Origin: Chrysomallon squamiferum
Taxonomy: Eukaryota > Animalia > Mollusca
Length of the DNA stretch: 64,000 bases
Direction: 5' to 3'
Assembly: GCA_012295275.1 (NCBI GenBank)
Contig: CM022675.1
Location: 2,976,001 to 3,040,000 of the forward strand
A program made the position numbers and the translations under genes. The notes below the pieces were generated by a model. That model was given only the letters and a program-made list of their open reading frames with translations, was not told where the DNA came from and ran no database searches. Within the stretch, counting starts at the first letter, position 1. Every line of letters starts with the position of its first letter. Of the stretch, positions 42,722 through 57,643 are shown piece by piece.

Positions 42722-43571
42722 TAAATATAAAATTAAATAATGATGTACATTTATTACACGTTTGTTTTATTTTTCCCAGGTCCAGGACAGTTTTCTAACA
42801 ACTCATGTTACAATCATCACATGACTCACAGCTGGTTCTCCTCTAATTCAAGCTGTGTTTTAGCAAAACCAAACTCTAGAGACTCTGAGACAATAAGACA
42901 AAGACTGTGGGTTGGTGGAAAACAGTACTGGATTGGATTAAAACGTGACAAACAACTAGTTTGGATTGACAGTTACTTGAGTGAGTTACTGAATATTAAT
43001 ATTAGTTGTTAAATATTTTGTTATGAAGAACTTGATTAGTTTTCAAAAGATCAAATAAAAAATTGTGCTTTCTACAGTTTATTATTTTTATTTTTATTTG
43101 TTCTATTTGATGATATTCTTTTATTTTTTCCTTTCTTTCATTCTTATATGATTTCTTATGTCACTTTTTTCTTTGTTTTGTTTTAGTTTTGATTTTTTCA
43201 ATGTTTATGGAAAAGATCTTTAAAGTTACTTTTAATTAGGAATTTATCTATGATAAGGCGATGTCCCAGTGAGAAAACAATATCTTATTTTACTTAGTTA
43301 TTTGTTTGTCTGTTTATTTATTTGTTTGTTTATTTATTTATATTTTATTGTTTGACTGATTGATTTTTTTTTTTAGTATAATTAAAAAGTATTTTTTAAA
43401 TTTATTTTGTTTCATTATATAAAAATTTCAATTTCAGAACATGTAACACTGACTATAAACATTACACAAAATGGCTGTGTTTTGTTACAAAAATTCCAAA
43501 ATGGCAGCTTCTCATTTTCAGTTAGTAACTGTAGTATCCACCACTCCACCATTTGTATTAAAAGTAAGTAT

Positions 43572-43606
<35 letters not shown>

Positions 43607-45311
43607 TTGTTATTATTACAAAACTCAGAAAATAATAAATTTTGTAAACTTTTCTTACAATCTGTACCAGTTTAAAACAGCACTGTTGTTTGACAAGTAA
43701 CTAAAATCATGTAGAAAGATAAAGAACACAATAGTTTTGAACTCTGTTACAACAGTTTCTTTATTCTGTGCATATTTGCTTCATGTTTAATACAACATAT
43801 ATAAAAGTTCCATCTGGATTCAGTTGTTTTGTAAAAGATACTGAGATGCTGTATTGTGAAGGTCTTGGCTGGATGCAGTTGAACTTGGTCTGTTGAGATC
43901 AAGTGTTATGAAGTTATTATTGTTTGAGATGTCTGACAACAGTCATCTAAGCAAGAGTTTCTCAAGTTCACTGTGATGACAGAATCAATGATTGTAATTC
44001 ATATGTACAAAGTAACATTTATTAAAACAAGACATGATGATGATTTAATGAGTACATTTCATATTCACGGTACTTGAATAGCACCTTTAATGATTAAAAT
44101 AAGGGAATTAATTTTTTTATTTTTTATTTTGTCTTGGCTCCATTTCATTATATAGAGTGTCACATTAAATGAATGTAGATTCTGACTTGTTAAACTTACA
44201 ACTGGAAGTTGCATTCTGTGTTTTGTAAAAATATTTAACTTATACAAACTTTACCTAAATGATGTTAAGAAATTATCAAATTTTATTTACATCTATCTAT
44301 CTATATATATATATACATATAAATCAATAATAATACTCAAGGCAGTTTAAGTAACTGTACATTAGTAACTGGTGAAAAAAGGATGTGTGTGTTTGATACA
44401 CAACAAGTGAACATCAGTGTCTTGTGTGTTAATCATATATCATCACAACACTCGTGTATACAGAGTTTGTTGGTTCACATTTAAATATGTTTTACTTATG
44501 ATTTTTTAGACTGAAAGAATGTTGTAGTTGACTGTTTAAATGAGGTTGATGTGTAACTAAGTTTAAATATTTTACAGATTTCAGTGTTCAGACTTCCACA
44601 CAGACAGACAGACTAACAACACAGACAGGTACGTGAATATTAAACAATGCTGTTTGTTTGTTTATTTGATAGTTTATCATTTGTTTATTTATTTGTTTAT
44701 TGATTTATATGTATATATGTGTGTGTATAGATAGATAGATAGATAGATAGATGTAGACATAGATATATTTTAAGCAGCATTAACTAATACTACAACTTCT
44801 GTCACAACTTCCACTTCTTTAATTCAGAGTGTTTCTCTTAAATTTTATTTTAATAATTTTTTATTTAAATGAAATAAACTGACAGATAGTAAAACCATTT
44901 TTTACGTAGTTTATCTTCAAGACTTGTTTTACGTGTTTTATAGATTCTTCATCAACTCAAGTTCTGATCACCTCCAAAACAACAATTAATTCAGGTAAAA
45001 ATGTAAACAATATGAATATCTGTGTGATAGGTTTTGGGAGGCAGGCAAAGGAATGATAATTTCACTACTGATTAATTAATTTATTTATTATATTATACTT
45101 GTTTCTTAAAATTTAATTACTTTATTTTGACACGTATTTATTTTATTAACTTTATTTATTTATTTGTTTCTTTAGTGTTGTTTTGCTGTTGTTTTTGAAT
45201 TATCATTTGTCTTCTCAGTCAATATTTTTAACAGTATAAGAATATTTTTCATTATTCTAAATTAGCAGGTTTTTTTAATATATCTGTTTTTTATGAAAAC
45301 TCTTCAGCCTT

Positions 45312-45342
<31 letters not shown>

Positions 45343-45817
45343 TGATGAAGTAGAGTGTCTGTATGCACTAGTATTTGTCATTAAACCAGTGGACACAAAC
45401 ATGCATATATTCTCTTTAACAATGATGTTTGTTTGTTTGTTTTATATTATTTATTGATGATTAATTATTATTATTATTATTTTTAATTTGTTTGTTTGAT
45501 TGATTGATTGATTGTTTATTTTATTATTTGTTTTTATTTATTGGTGATATGTTTTGATGTGCGTGTGTGTGTACATATACATATATCTATATCTATATTA
45601 GATATAATCTCCTTCACAGGTCAGAGTTCAACTAGAAGCACAAAAAAGGGTTTAAGTAAAACAAAATCATCAAATTCAGGTAACTTTGTTAATGTATTAT
45701 TGTTAAATTCAATGTCATTAATTCAAAGTTAAACTAAAAAAAAATTATATATCATTATATGCATATATAAATGGGTAAAATGACCAATACTTAAGTATAC
45801 AAACACTCTACTTCATC

Positions 45818-45853
<36 letters not shown>

Positions 45854-46517
45854 AAGGCTGTAGAGTTCGCCTTCTTCTCCTTGGAAAATTTGGATGTTAG
45901 CAAACATTTGTTATTAATGGGTAATACTTGATTTTATTTTTGTTGTATTTCATACATTTATATTTTTGCAGGTGTCGCTGTTGCTGTTTCTGTAACTGTT
46001 GTTATAGTGTTAGTAGTGTGCACAGTTGTCGCTGTTGTTTATATGAAAAGGTAAATAGAGTTACCATTCTTGACTGATGATGTAAGATAAGTTTTTGTAT
46101 TTATGTAATAATGTTTCATTTCTTAAAATTATTTAATATACACAGATTTAAAAAAAAATAGAAAAACAAGAAAAGAAATAATAATAATAATAAAATAAAC
46201 ATCATCATCATCATCATTGTCATTATGTTTTTAATTGCAAATTTCATGTTAATTGATTGCTATTTCTTAAAAATTATTAAAAATTTATATTTTGTTTTCA
46301 CAGTTTATTTCTTATTGCAGGAAAAATATTTTTTGCTTTCAACAAAAGTCAGCAGACATCATTCACAACAACAGTAACAGAAACTGAGAACAGTGCAATC
46401 AGTGACTCAAATTATGAGCGACTCAACATAACTCAAAGTTCTCAAAATGAGTACATGAACGTGTCATGTGAAACAGAACATGTTTACTGTGTAATGGGCT
46501 CAAACGCTGAAGATTAA
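38202..46517 (+). CDS. Gene C: CTLD(WSC-inserted)-CTLD single-pass receptor with short 3-Tyr tail, ~480 aa
   Basis: Exons 38202-38280 (signal peptide), 38535-38702, 39053-39210, 40068-40209, 42348-42461, 42780-42980, 43438-43563, Ser/Thr micro-exons 44578-44628, 44944-44994 and 45620-45679, TM 45972-46050 ([26 protein letters not shown]), last exon 46304-46517 (..SNYERL..EYMNV..VYCVM..*), then AATAAA at ~46522. Total 1443 nt, open. The last acceptor is ambiguous (46303 or 46320). Confidence 0.82.
40726..41705. mobile_element. Non-autonomous DNA transposon with ~280-bp TIRs and 4-bp TSD (Sola2-like), in intron 4 of gene C
   Basis: Ends gggtcattctgtgtcaaatcaccc and gggtgatttgacacggaatgaccc. 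Long imperfect inverted arms at 40726-~41010 and ~41425-41705, flanked by tatt/tatt. GRG termini, long TIRs and a 4-bp TSD fit Sola2. Confidence 0.8.
45300..45865. repeat. Inverted repeat pair (45300-45382 and 45779-45865) bracketing stalk exon 45620-45679 of gene C
   Basis: cagccttcttt(tg)n ttgatgaagtagagtgtctgtat pairs with atacaaacactctacttcatcaa(ca)n aaagaaggctg. Confidence 0.85.
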
Positions 46518-49500
46518 AACTAATAAACATTCACTGAGTGGGATACTCGATCTGCTAGTTAAAATGAAACTTACACAAGTACTGCACTAACATTTTTATT
46601 TTTATTTTTTATTGTTTTTACTATCATATTCAGGAAAATACTAAAACACAGATTAATCAGATTAACTTAATATTTATAATAATAATAATAATAATAATAA
46701 CAATAACAGCTGACTTTAATTTGATAATTATTTAATTTATAATTAGTTACTTGTAATAATAATAGACACATTCACACATCTCTACATGCACATTTATTTA
46801 TATATATATTTCTGTGTATATCTGTATGGGCACATACACAAACACATAGATATGCCTTATCTATCTGTCTGTCTGTCTGTCTGTGTGTCTATCTACCTAT
46901 CTATCTATCTCAGTACATAAATATACACACATTTACACCTGATAACTGATAGATATTTCACTAATTAACTGCAAGCTATTAATTATTCATAAGGTACATA
47001 TCTTGTTAATAATAAGAAAGAGTAGTACGTGTTGTGGGAACATAATCAGCCTCTCACAGAATCAAGGTGGCTGTAATCATCACTGGTGTAGTCAGCTTTT
47101 TTCAGACCAGTGTCAGCGATGTTGTAGTTGTCTTTAGTCACAGCAGCGATGTGGTTGTACGTCTCATCATGAGATGCTGTTGTATCATAATCACCTTCCA
47201 TGATGTCTCCGATGTGGTTGTATGTTTTGTCATGAGTAGACATGGACTTTGGCTTTGATTCAGTTGTATCATAATCACCTTCAACGCTGCTGTCGGTGTG
47301 GTTGTAGTTGCTAGTCTGATTGTCAACGATGTGTGGCCCAGATGTTTTGTTCTTCTTCGTCTTGTTTATGTGACTGTAGACATTAGAACTTGATTTAACT
47401 TGATTGCTGTCATTTAGGACGTTATAGTCATCATCGATGTCGTTGTTGTAGCTGTTGTTTATCTGAACATTTCCTGCATTCAGATCAGATGCAAGTTCGT
47501 AGTCACTGGAGTTTGGCTTGGTTCCCATGGTAACATCTGTTAGAGTTTCAAACTCATAATGTGAATCAGTGTCTGGTTTGATCTCATCGTAATCTGACAA
47601 GTTTTGCTGATTCACAGATCTGATTCCTCCAGTCATGCTGCTTTCTTGTTTAGTCTTGAAACAAAATTTATGTGAGAGAAGAGAATTTAAAAACAAACAA
47701 ATTAACCAAGACAAAAAAGACACCAAAAAATAAATAAACAAATAGACACACAAACCATCAAATAAAGAAAAATGTAATAAATGAACAAATAAATAAGCAA
47801 ATTAATAAACAAAGAGAAACAAACATGAAAAGGTAAGCAAACAATATAACAAAGAAACCAAATAAATAAATAAATAAAAATTAATAAAGTATAACAAACA
47901 ATAAAAAATGTACTTTGTATAGAAACATTCAAAGCTTACTTAATCTTTTTTTTAGTAAGCTTGAAAAGTTCAAAATAGAAATGTTTGATTACCTTTTCAT
48001 CCAAACTATAAGAAGAACAACACCAGCTGCCAGTAGAATGAGAGTAACAGAAGCACCCACAACAACACCTACATAAATGAATAAATACTTTAATAATATA
48101 AACTTTGATATAAATATAATGTAAATAAATATTTTTTTCAATCAAAATATAAATAAATTAACCTGCTGACAGAATTTCAGTAACTATACGTAATCTATGG
48201 ACTGTTTTGTTAATAACAATGTAATTATCTTGTATTAGTTTTGGTTAAGGTTTGTATTACATAATTGATTTTCAAAAATTTCATGACATTTCTTTCTTTT
48301 TATTATTATTATTATTTTTTTCTAAGATTACTAAAATATATTTGTATTTGTTTCTTATTCAGTTTTTAGTCAAGTATATTCATTCAAGTAAATATGGATT
48401 AATAACTAAAATACACATGTTAGTTTCATGCAAACTTTGTTTTTATCTTACTCGTTTGGTCTTTTCCATCTTCGTTAAGAATCTGAGATTTTGTAACAGC
48501 AGCACCTGCAACAATAACAACAAAAACAATTATACAACAACAACAACAACAACAATCACAAGACTATTACAGTTACAATAACAATAATATAAACAAGAAC
48601 AATACAATGACAACAACAGTATTAACAACAACGAAAACAAGAACAAAAATAAAAATAATAATAATAATAATAACAACAACAACATTAACAACATCAAAAC
48701 AAATATTACTAGTGGTAGTAGAATGATAATTATAATGATGATGATGGTAAAAATAATAATAATAATATTAATGATTATAGTAATAAAAAATAATAATGAT
48801 AATAAGAACAAGAACAATAGCAGTACTACTACTAATATAAATTCTATGATAAAAACAAGCAATAGAGAATTTCTTTTACTAGTACTATAACAACAACAGC
48901 AATACTACTACTACTACGAATACAAGAACTATAGTTATAAAAATAACTTCAACAGTTCTGCTATTATTAATTTTAATACAATAATAAATAATATCTAAAT
49001 ATTATATTATTTTGTTACAATTCTGTTACCACCCAATATGTATACACGTTATTTTAAAAACATTCATTTAATTTTCTGTTGGTTAGGTTTCAAAAGTTAT
49101 TTATTTGTGTATTTGTGAAATTACACTAACAAAGGTTTAATCGTAAATATCAATAATGAATTTAAAGAAATTATTAATTACGTATCTATGAAGGGAAATG
49201 ATTATTTTACTTGGTATGGAAGTGAACGGAGTTGTCTCCCTTTCAGACTTTTCTGATGCAGACGACTTGTGATGTGTTTTATCTTCTCTTGAAGTTGTTA
49301 TTTCAGGGGAACTAGGAACTAACAAATAAGAATGAGTAAAGTCAAATGTTTTAACTACGTTTTAAGAAATATGACCTACAATTTCTGAACAGATTTTGAT
49401 CTGAATATAATCAAAGGCAGATTTCTTAGTTTATCTGTTATTTGGTAATGTTAGAAAAAATAGGGAAACATTTTAGATAATCATTCGAAAATGCCATTTT

Positions 49501-51659
49501 ATAATCAGAATATTTTATCCTTTCAGTACTGAATGAACCTAGAAGTACAAAACTGGTTTACAAAGAAGTATTAGTTTCAAATCGACAATAAGAAAAAGAC
49601 AAAAAAACTTAGCACTTTTTATTTGAAGTAAAATTCCCAATAGCTAAGAAAAAAAACCCTGTCTATATGTGTAATATGTATTAATATGTATATCTCTATA
49701 TCCATTCATCGTGCACTTTTATAAATTTTTTGATACAGAATTATCCAAAGACTAAGAATACATTATTATTATGTAGTGGATTTGTTTTATATGTTTCAAA
49801 GGTTAGATGTTCGAAAATTGGAATCTAGAATATACAATATAATTAACTATATATTTTTAGTAATTATAACTGTCAACGTAAATTTGCTATCATAGATGAT
49901 CATACTGTCGTCAATGACTTTCTGTACTTGTATAACTAATAACTGATTTGCCAGTTGGTTATTGTCTTTTTCAGCAAGATGTCCATAAACAGTCAAGTAA
50001 GTGGCAAAATCCCTTAGTTGTAGACAAATAATATACCGAGATCCACTGGGGACCACATACACACACACACATAACATAAAAAGCGCCCTGAGCTCTAACG
50101 TTAAAGTTTGGACTAGTTGGAGTTCGGCCCATGTAACTGTTTAGAATATAAATATTTTAATAATTTATATGAGTAAATAATAAAAAAGGAAAAAGAAAAA
50201 TGTAACTTTTACAAATAATATGAGCTTATTGTAAGGCAATAGGGTATACAGTATTCTGGCTTTTTCCATTAACAATAAGAATAAATCAATTCATTCCATT
50301 TCCATCTCGTGAACATCCATAAGAGAAACATTTTTATAGATTTCCAGTATTTTTAAAGACGTAAATATACTATTTATTTTCTGTTTCAAAGGATAAAATA
50401 ATACTAGAAAAGGTTACTGTTTTTCTTATTGTTCTTGATGACATTCTTTTTGCATACATACACATACAATAAAATAAAAGATAAATACATAGTACTTACT
50501 ATTAAGACAAACAGCGGAGTGATGGGTACTACAGTACTAACTGAAAATGAGAAGCTGCCGTTTGGAAATTTTTGTAACAATAAACAGCCATTTTGTGTTT
50601 CCTTTATATTAACTATCGCATTCTCTGAAATTAAAATAATTGTTTTATTTAATGCAAGAAATTGTATACATTTCAAAATGTGAAGAAAAAATTAAACACA
50701 CACACACAAACACAGATAATAGAGAAAGAGATAGAGATATAAAGAGTTGAGATTCTAAAAATGACAAACAGCATTCCTACCAAAACGAAGCAATGACTAT
50801 AACCAAAAATCAACATTAATAATGCAAAACCGTGATTATATTGATATTCAAAAAAAAAAATTCTTGCGTGCATAATACACGTAATGTTTGTATGGCGTAG
50901 GAAAACGCTCAACACTATGTTTGTTTGTTAGCCCTAGGGTTTTTCTACTTCATTTTTAATACCACCAATCTTAAGTTTGGTCAAAAGGTCATAATACTCT
51001 CCATTTTAACTATAACGTTGTGCATTTGTGCAAAACAAAAATACAACAAAAAGAATCTGTATTTAGTATCTTTATAATTAAAGAACGATGACAAGTAAAT
51101 AAACAGAAAATAATAAACCAAATCTAATAAATAAATAAAAGAAATGAAACTACAACAACAACAACTAATAATAATAAGAAGAACAACTACACCAAAACTA
51201 AAATAAATGTTCTTATTCAAAAAAATGCAGAAAAAATACAAAGCAGTTCAGAAAAACCACTAGTTGCAACACACAAACACACACACACACACACACCCGC
51301 ACACACATACACACAAACACACACACACAAACACAAAGAAAAAAGAACGAAACAAAAGAAAAATAACTACAACAAAAGATACTGTAAAAAAACTAACTGA
51401 AGTAATCGTCAGTCGAAACTACTTGTTTGTCACGTTTTAATCCAATCCAGTACTGTTTTCCATTAGCCCACAAGTTTCGTCTAATTGTTTCAGTGTTATT
51501 TGTGTTTGGTTTTGCTAAAACACAGCTTGAATTAGATGAAAACCAACTCTTAGTCATCTGATGTTTGTAACATGATTTATTAGAATACTGTCCTGGACCT
51601 AGGAAAAAAAGACAAAAAGAAACATGTAATAAATGTATTTATATATATAAATATATACA

Positions 51660-51727
<68 letters not shown>

Positions 51728-52924
51728 TCATCTGTCATTATAATGAGAAACACTGCAATTAAAAAAAATTTCTCCGTCGGATTCTTCTCATTAGTTTTCA
51801 CTTGTTCTTGCTTTCTTTTTTCTTTTTTCTTCAACCTCAAAACGAAGTACATAGTGGAGAAACTGTTAAAGAAGAATAAGATTTAACAACTTGTTTACAT
51901 ATTTCATATTTTGTAAAACAGTGAACTTACAAACTCACAGTTACAAATAAATCTCTTCTTTGTGTAACAATCATCACTTTTTACAATCAGTCTGTATGTG
52001 CCAGAATAAACATATTCACAGAGATCTTGAATATCCAGATCTGTAATAAAACCTATAAAAAGAAAGGTATTGCTATTATTTTTATTATTATTATAAATGG
52101 TAGTAGTAGTGGTAGTAGTGATAGTAGTAGCAGTAGTAGTAGTAGTTGTTGTTGTTGAAATGATAGTAGTGAAAATAGTAACAGTAGTAATGGAAGTACA
52201 AAGACGTATAGTAGTAGTAATTTTCACTCTACATGGCATCTGTAGAAGCTGTACTTGTTGTATTATTTTTCTTTTACAGATAATAATAAGTTTTGCAGTT
52301 ATAAAAAGCAGAAGTCAAAGTAAGAAAACTAGGCATAATAAGAGAAGTGGTAGTAATACTTGTAGATAATAGGATGAGTAATAACAACAGTATTAGTAAT
52401 AATATTTTGTAATAGTGATAAGTAATAGTAATAACAGTAAGTGTTAGTATTAATATTATTATTAGTAGTAGCAAATAGTAGTAATAGTAAAAGTATTATG
52501 TTAATGCTAGTAGGTTATAGTAATAGTATTTGTAATAGTACTAGCTGTAGTATTAATAGCTGTAATAATAATAGTAGTAAATACATGAATAAAATTGTAC
52601 CTGTTTTATAAATACTTATTGTATTTTCAGTTCCACAGTTTTCTTTGAAGTTTCCTAAACAACCAGTTTTATTTTCCCTTTGAATAGTTTTAAGTGAAAG
52701 TTGATACCATATTCTCCATGTAAAACAATAACATTTCTCTCTCTGTAAAACAAACATTTAAAATAACCAAAATAATGTTACTATTTCCCATTCCAGATTT
52801 ATCTACTGCTGTGTGCATACCAATCCACATATGCGAGATATATATGTTTATCTATATGCATATGTGTATTTTAGTATTCTGAATATTCTCTGTTTTATGT
52901 ATGTCAAATTAAACTCTCTACATA

Positions 52925-53072
52925 GACAATATTCGGGAACGTACTGGCGCAGGAGGACAAAGTCCAACAACGACGTCATAAACCCGTCAGATGCCGCTGA
53001 CGAGACTCGAACATATAGCATCCATTCATCCGCACTCCGAAGGCGGACAACGTTACCGTTCGGCCATAAACG
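52925..53072 (-). mobile_element. tRNA-derived SINE in intron 3 of gene D
   Basis: GC-rich patch. The minus strand has A-box-like TGGCCGAACGGT and B-box GTTCGAGTC. It is absent after the homologous flank in gene C (~39835-39912). Confidence 0.6.
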
Positions 53073-53385
53073 TTTTAAATGTAACTGGCTTTTGTGTGTA
53101 ACACTTTACCTTCAGAAGGTGATCAGGCGACCATTCATTTTAAAAAGAGGAAACATCTGTTACAAGGTATATGTTTTGTGCAATTCTTTTTCATTTACTA
53201 TATTTTGCATACGTGCTTACTACACAAAATATAGAGAAAAAAAAAGAACACGGTGAACTTGTAATAATTATGAAACTAAGCTCTTCTAATGGAAAAACAA
53301 ACACAAAAAAACCAAAAAAATAACCAGGTAATTCTACAATTTACGATATAAAAAAGCAAAAAATAAAATTATAGTAATTGTAGCC

Positions 53386-53422
<37 letters not shown>

Positions 53423-54674
53423 TATGTTTATAAATAAATCTTTTATTGTTTATAAAACTTCTTATTTTGATAAATGAAACAAGCTATATTTGCTAATTTA
53501 CCAGTACAACTTTTGTTTATTCTTCTTTAACTTTCCATTTCAAAGTACTGTCCTCTGTGTGTGTGCGTGCGTGCGTGTGTTAATAAACAAAATATTCATT
53601 TAATTCATGTCACCAACCTGCAATCCAACATAAAGTACATCCCCATTTGTTTTACATTCGTAGTAACATCGGCTTGCCTGGTTATCGTATTTGATTTGAT
53701 AAAACTGTTCAGACTGTGATTCATTCACTTCTCCAACATATTCAAACAGTGGTGTGTTATCCGCTGTAAAACAAACTTGATTTGTTTAATATAATCAATT
53801 TTTGAAAGTTAAAATATAAGAAATGATGTTGTATATTAGTTTAAACACACCAAAACCCACCCACATATATGCACATATATGCACAGAAACACAAAGAGAC
53901 ACACACATACATATATAATTACATGCATTTTATTTCTGGTGCAGCTTTCTTGTTAATAGAGAAGGCTTCGGAGATCAAATTATTATTATTATTTTAAGAA
54001 TAGAAAAAAGAAGGAAAAGAAAGAAAAAACATATACATATAAATAAAAATAATAATTTTCAAAAATACAGTATAAATACATTAATTAGCAGTCTATATTA
54101 ATTAGATATTCCTATTGTAACACATTTTACACCACGTGATGTTATTTATGATGCTATTAACAAGAGAAAAAAGCATGTACACATCCAATTATATATATAC
54201 ACATATACATATACATACAAATATATACACATACATACATACATACATACATACACAAACACTTACTCATTATAAAGGACCTAACAATAATAAATACACA
54301 ATATTAAGAAATAATAAATATTAACAAATGAGTTAATTACATTTTATAAATGAACAAATGAACGTGTTCATATTGAGCAGTAAGATAAATTTATTGTTCA
54401 ACATTCACAGAGGTCACAACTTTTCTATGAGTATTGTAAAAGCACAGAAAAACAAAATAATAATTTATATCACCTGTCCACATCCATGAACTGTACTGAA
54501 CTTTAGCTCCAGTCCAGTAAGATCCAGCTTTGACATCACTCAGTGATGTAATATCTGACGTACTGTACAGTTGTTTTCGATGCTGATGACATGTATAAAA
54601 CGCTGTATCCCATGTGACATTATTTAATACACGCAGAGTAGCTGTAATAAAACAGTATATATTTACTTACAAAA

Positions 54675-55072
54675 TGAAGAACAGTAACTCTGTTTATCTT
54701 TTAAATGAAACAACATAGACAACCGCAAAAAAATAAATATAAATTTATGAAATACAACAATTAAAATAAAGTATTATTACTAAATAAGAAACGTTTGCTA
54801 ATACCCAAGTCTCCAAGGAGAAGAATATGCACATGTTTGTGTTCACTGATTATAATGACAAATACTAGTGCACACAGATACCGTTTTTCATAAAAAACAG
54901 ATATTAATGTTTTATTTAGTTAATAAAATAAAGAACATTTAGTTTAACTTTTAAAAAATAACATTAAAATTCATAATGATACATTCTGACGTACTGTACA
55001 GTTGTTCTCCATGTTGATGACATGTATAAAACGCTGAATCCCATGTGACGTCATTTAACATATGCAAAATAG
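54675..55072 (-). pseudogene. Collapsed receptor paralog inside intron 1 of gene D
   Basis: Truncated exon-2 copy 55072-54986 ([29 protein letters not shown]) is fused to the pre-TM intron (matches 34300-34525) and a decayed short-type TM exon end (gcggttgtctatgttgtttcatttaaaagataaacagagttac). Confidence 0.7.
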
Positions 55073-55117
55073 CTGTAATAAACGGATTATATCTGCTTAT
55101 AAAACAAACTTTAAAAT

Positions 55118-55227
<110 letters not shown>

Positions 55228-55724
55228 AAAAATTAATGATTATATGCTTATAAGACATTCGTAAATTATTAAAAGTAACAGGGAAGATTCTCTACCTTTT
55301 TAAAGATTATTTTCCATCACAAAATAATAAGAATAAAAATAAAATGTTTACACTTGAAATTAAAATATTTTACCTGTCGCAGAAAACAGCTGACATAAAA
55401 TCACGCCAAAAATTGTAAGAAGCAGACGAGTTGTACTCCATAGTTCGGCCATGACACCCTGTCCCCTGTACAAGGAAGTAAAACATTATCTATGTTTAAC
55501 AACACAGGTTTTTCAGTAAAAGAAATTAACTGTACAAGTTTGTCATTAAAAAAAATATAAATAATAATAACAATAACAAATTTAAAAAAATTGTTAATAC
55601 GATATAACAGCTTCAAAACTAGTACACCACGAAATAATTCGTAGATGATTAATAATAAACAATTTTAATTACCGATGTAGCTAGTACTCGTTTGAAATCT
55701 TACGCTAGACTTTGTACAGTAAAA

Positions 55725-55755
55725 CACTTTTATCTCTAACAAACCAGGAAGTCAT
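55725..55755 (-). promoter_or_regulatory. Putative ETS and GATA sites upstream of gene D
   Basis: caggaagt at 55745-55752 with adjacent ttatct, in the same block as upstream of A and B. Confidence 0.35.
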
Positions 55756-57643
55756 ATGAACAGTGTGTGCTGTCCTAGAAAGATAACATACAAGTCCACT
55801 TCAAATAAACGTGCTAAATATAGACTATCTACCTGTTTGCTTTGTGTTCGTATTTATGATGAAGATGAAGACGTCCATGATGTTGATTATAATTGCGATA
55901 ATGTTTTTTATGTTAAGATGACGATGATGATGTTATGATGACAATGAGAATTATGGAATGACTGAAATTATTTAAACATTTAACAAACGTTTTGTTTAAT
56001 ATAATTATCGTACAAAGTGTTATGCCCAGAATCTACTAAATACATACAAACACACTCATATACACAAATACACACTAGTAAGCTCACACACATATACACA
56101 CATATACATACACTACGAACTCATATTTACATACATTCATATAGAAATACACATATACAGAAACATAGACGCATACACAAACATACATACCTCTTTAAGT
56201 ATGTGTATATACATTTTTATGTTAGTATATGTCATTCTCTGTATATATATATATATATGTTTATATATATAAATGTGTGTACGTAGATACACGTATCTAC
56301 TTTTGTATACATACACAGATACGTATGAATAATACACGTGTTTATCTCTTTATGTATGTTTACATATACATACATGTTTATATAGATGCACCGTGCATAC
56401 ATTCACAAAAATACATTGGGATGTGTTGTATAACAATTATTCCGTCACTGCTGTCTACCTTTCTCTGGGTTTTTCTTTTCACTTTTTTATTATTTCTTCA
56501 GATCACCTCTTTTTCTTTCTTTTTCTTCTTCTGTTTCGTTAACACAAGCAGTAAACTGAATAACGCAAGCTAATTTAAAATTAAAATTTAAACAGAGAGA
56601 ACAAGAAACAGAAGAGAGCAAAATTTGAGTGTTTATAAAAATAAATAAATAATAAATAAAAGGAACACACAGAAAACAGGTTTTAGCAAGTTTGTGTTAT
56701 TTTTATTTCAAGGATAGAAAAGTCTGATTTAAGATTATATATATATATGATTGAAGATTATATACATATATATATATATATATAATCTTACATCATATAT
56801 ATATAGAGATATGTGCTTCTACACAAACACGTGTATGTGGGTGTGTATACGAAAGTACGCACATTTGTACATAAACATTATAAAAAAAAATGAGAAACAC
56901 ACATATATACATAAACATGTGTGTATATATGTGTGTGTGTGTGTGTTTATATAAGCATGTATAAAGAGTTAAACACATGCATTATTCATACGTATATGTG
57001 TATATACGGAAGTAAGTATGTATGTATGTGTAAGTATGTATGTGCATGTATGTATGTATGTGTGTGTATGTATGTGTGTGTATGTAAGTGCATATGTCTA
57101 TTTATTAGTTTCTAGACAGAAACGTTTGTACAATTATTATATTAAAGACAAATTCCAGTTTCTATTAACTATTTAAATAATTGTATTCCTTCCATATTTC
57201 TAATTGTTATCAAAATCATTAAGTTTTTCATCATAACATCATCTTCATCTTAACATAATAACAACATTATCGTAATTATAAACATCACCGTCGTCTTCAT
57301 CGTTAGAATGAACACAAAGCATACAGATAGGTAGTCTATATTTAGTAAGTTTATTTGAAGCTCATGTCTTAGCTATCATCTTTCTGTCGGACATACTATC
57401 TGACTTCGTGATTTGTTAAAGTGTTTAATGTACAGTCTAACGTTAGATTTCAAACAAGTACTAGCTGCCTCGGTAATTAAAATATTTTTTTGTTAGTCAT
57501 CTACGTATAACTATTTTTGTGGTATTATTAAAGTTTTCTGAAGTTGTTATATAATTTTAGCAAATTATATTTTTGTTTCTGAAAAACGGCTGTTCTTAAA
57601 TATAGATCAATGTTTTACTTCCTTGTACAGGTAACAGGGTGTC

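Noticed and set aside
48163-48201. Possible extra 39-nt micro-exon in gene D
   Set aside because: AG/GT sites and phase fit, but the acceptor is purine-rich, the peptide is not stalk-like and there is no counterpart in other copies.
49930-50150. GC-richer patch in a gene D intron as a SINE or ncRNA
   Set aside because: No clear A/B boxes, TIRs or TSD could be identified by eye.
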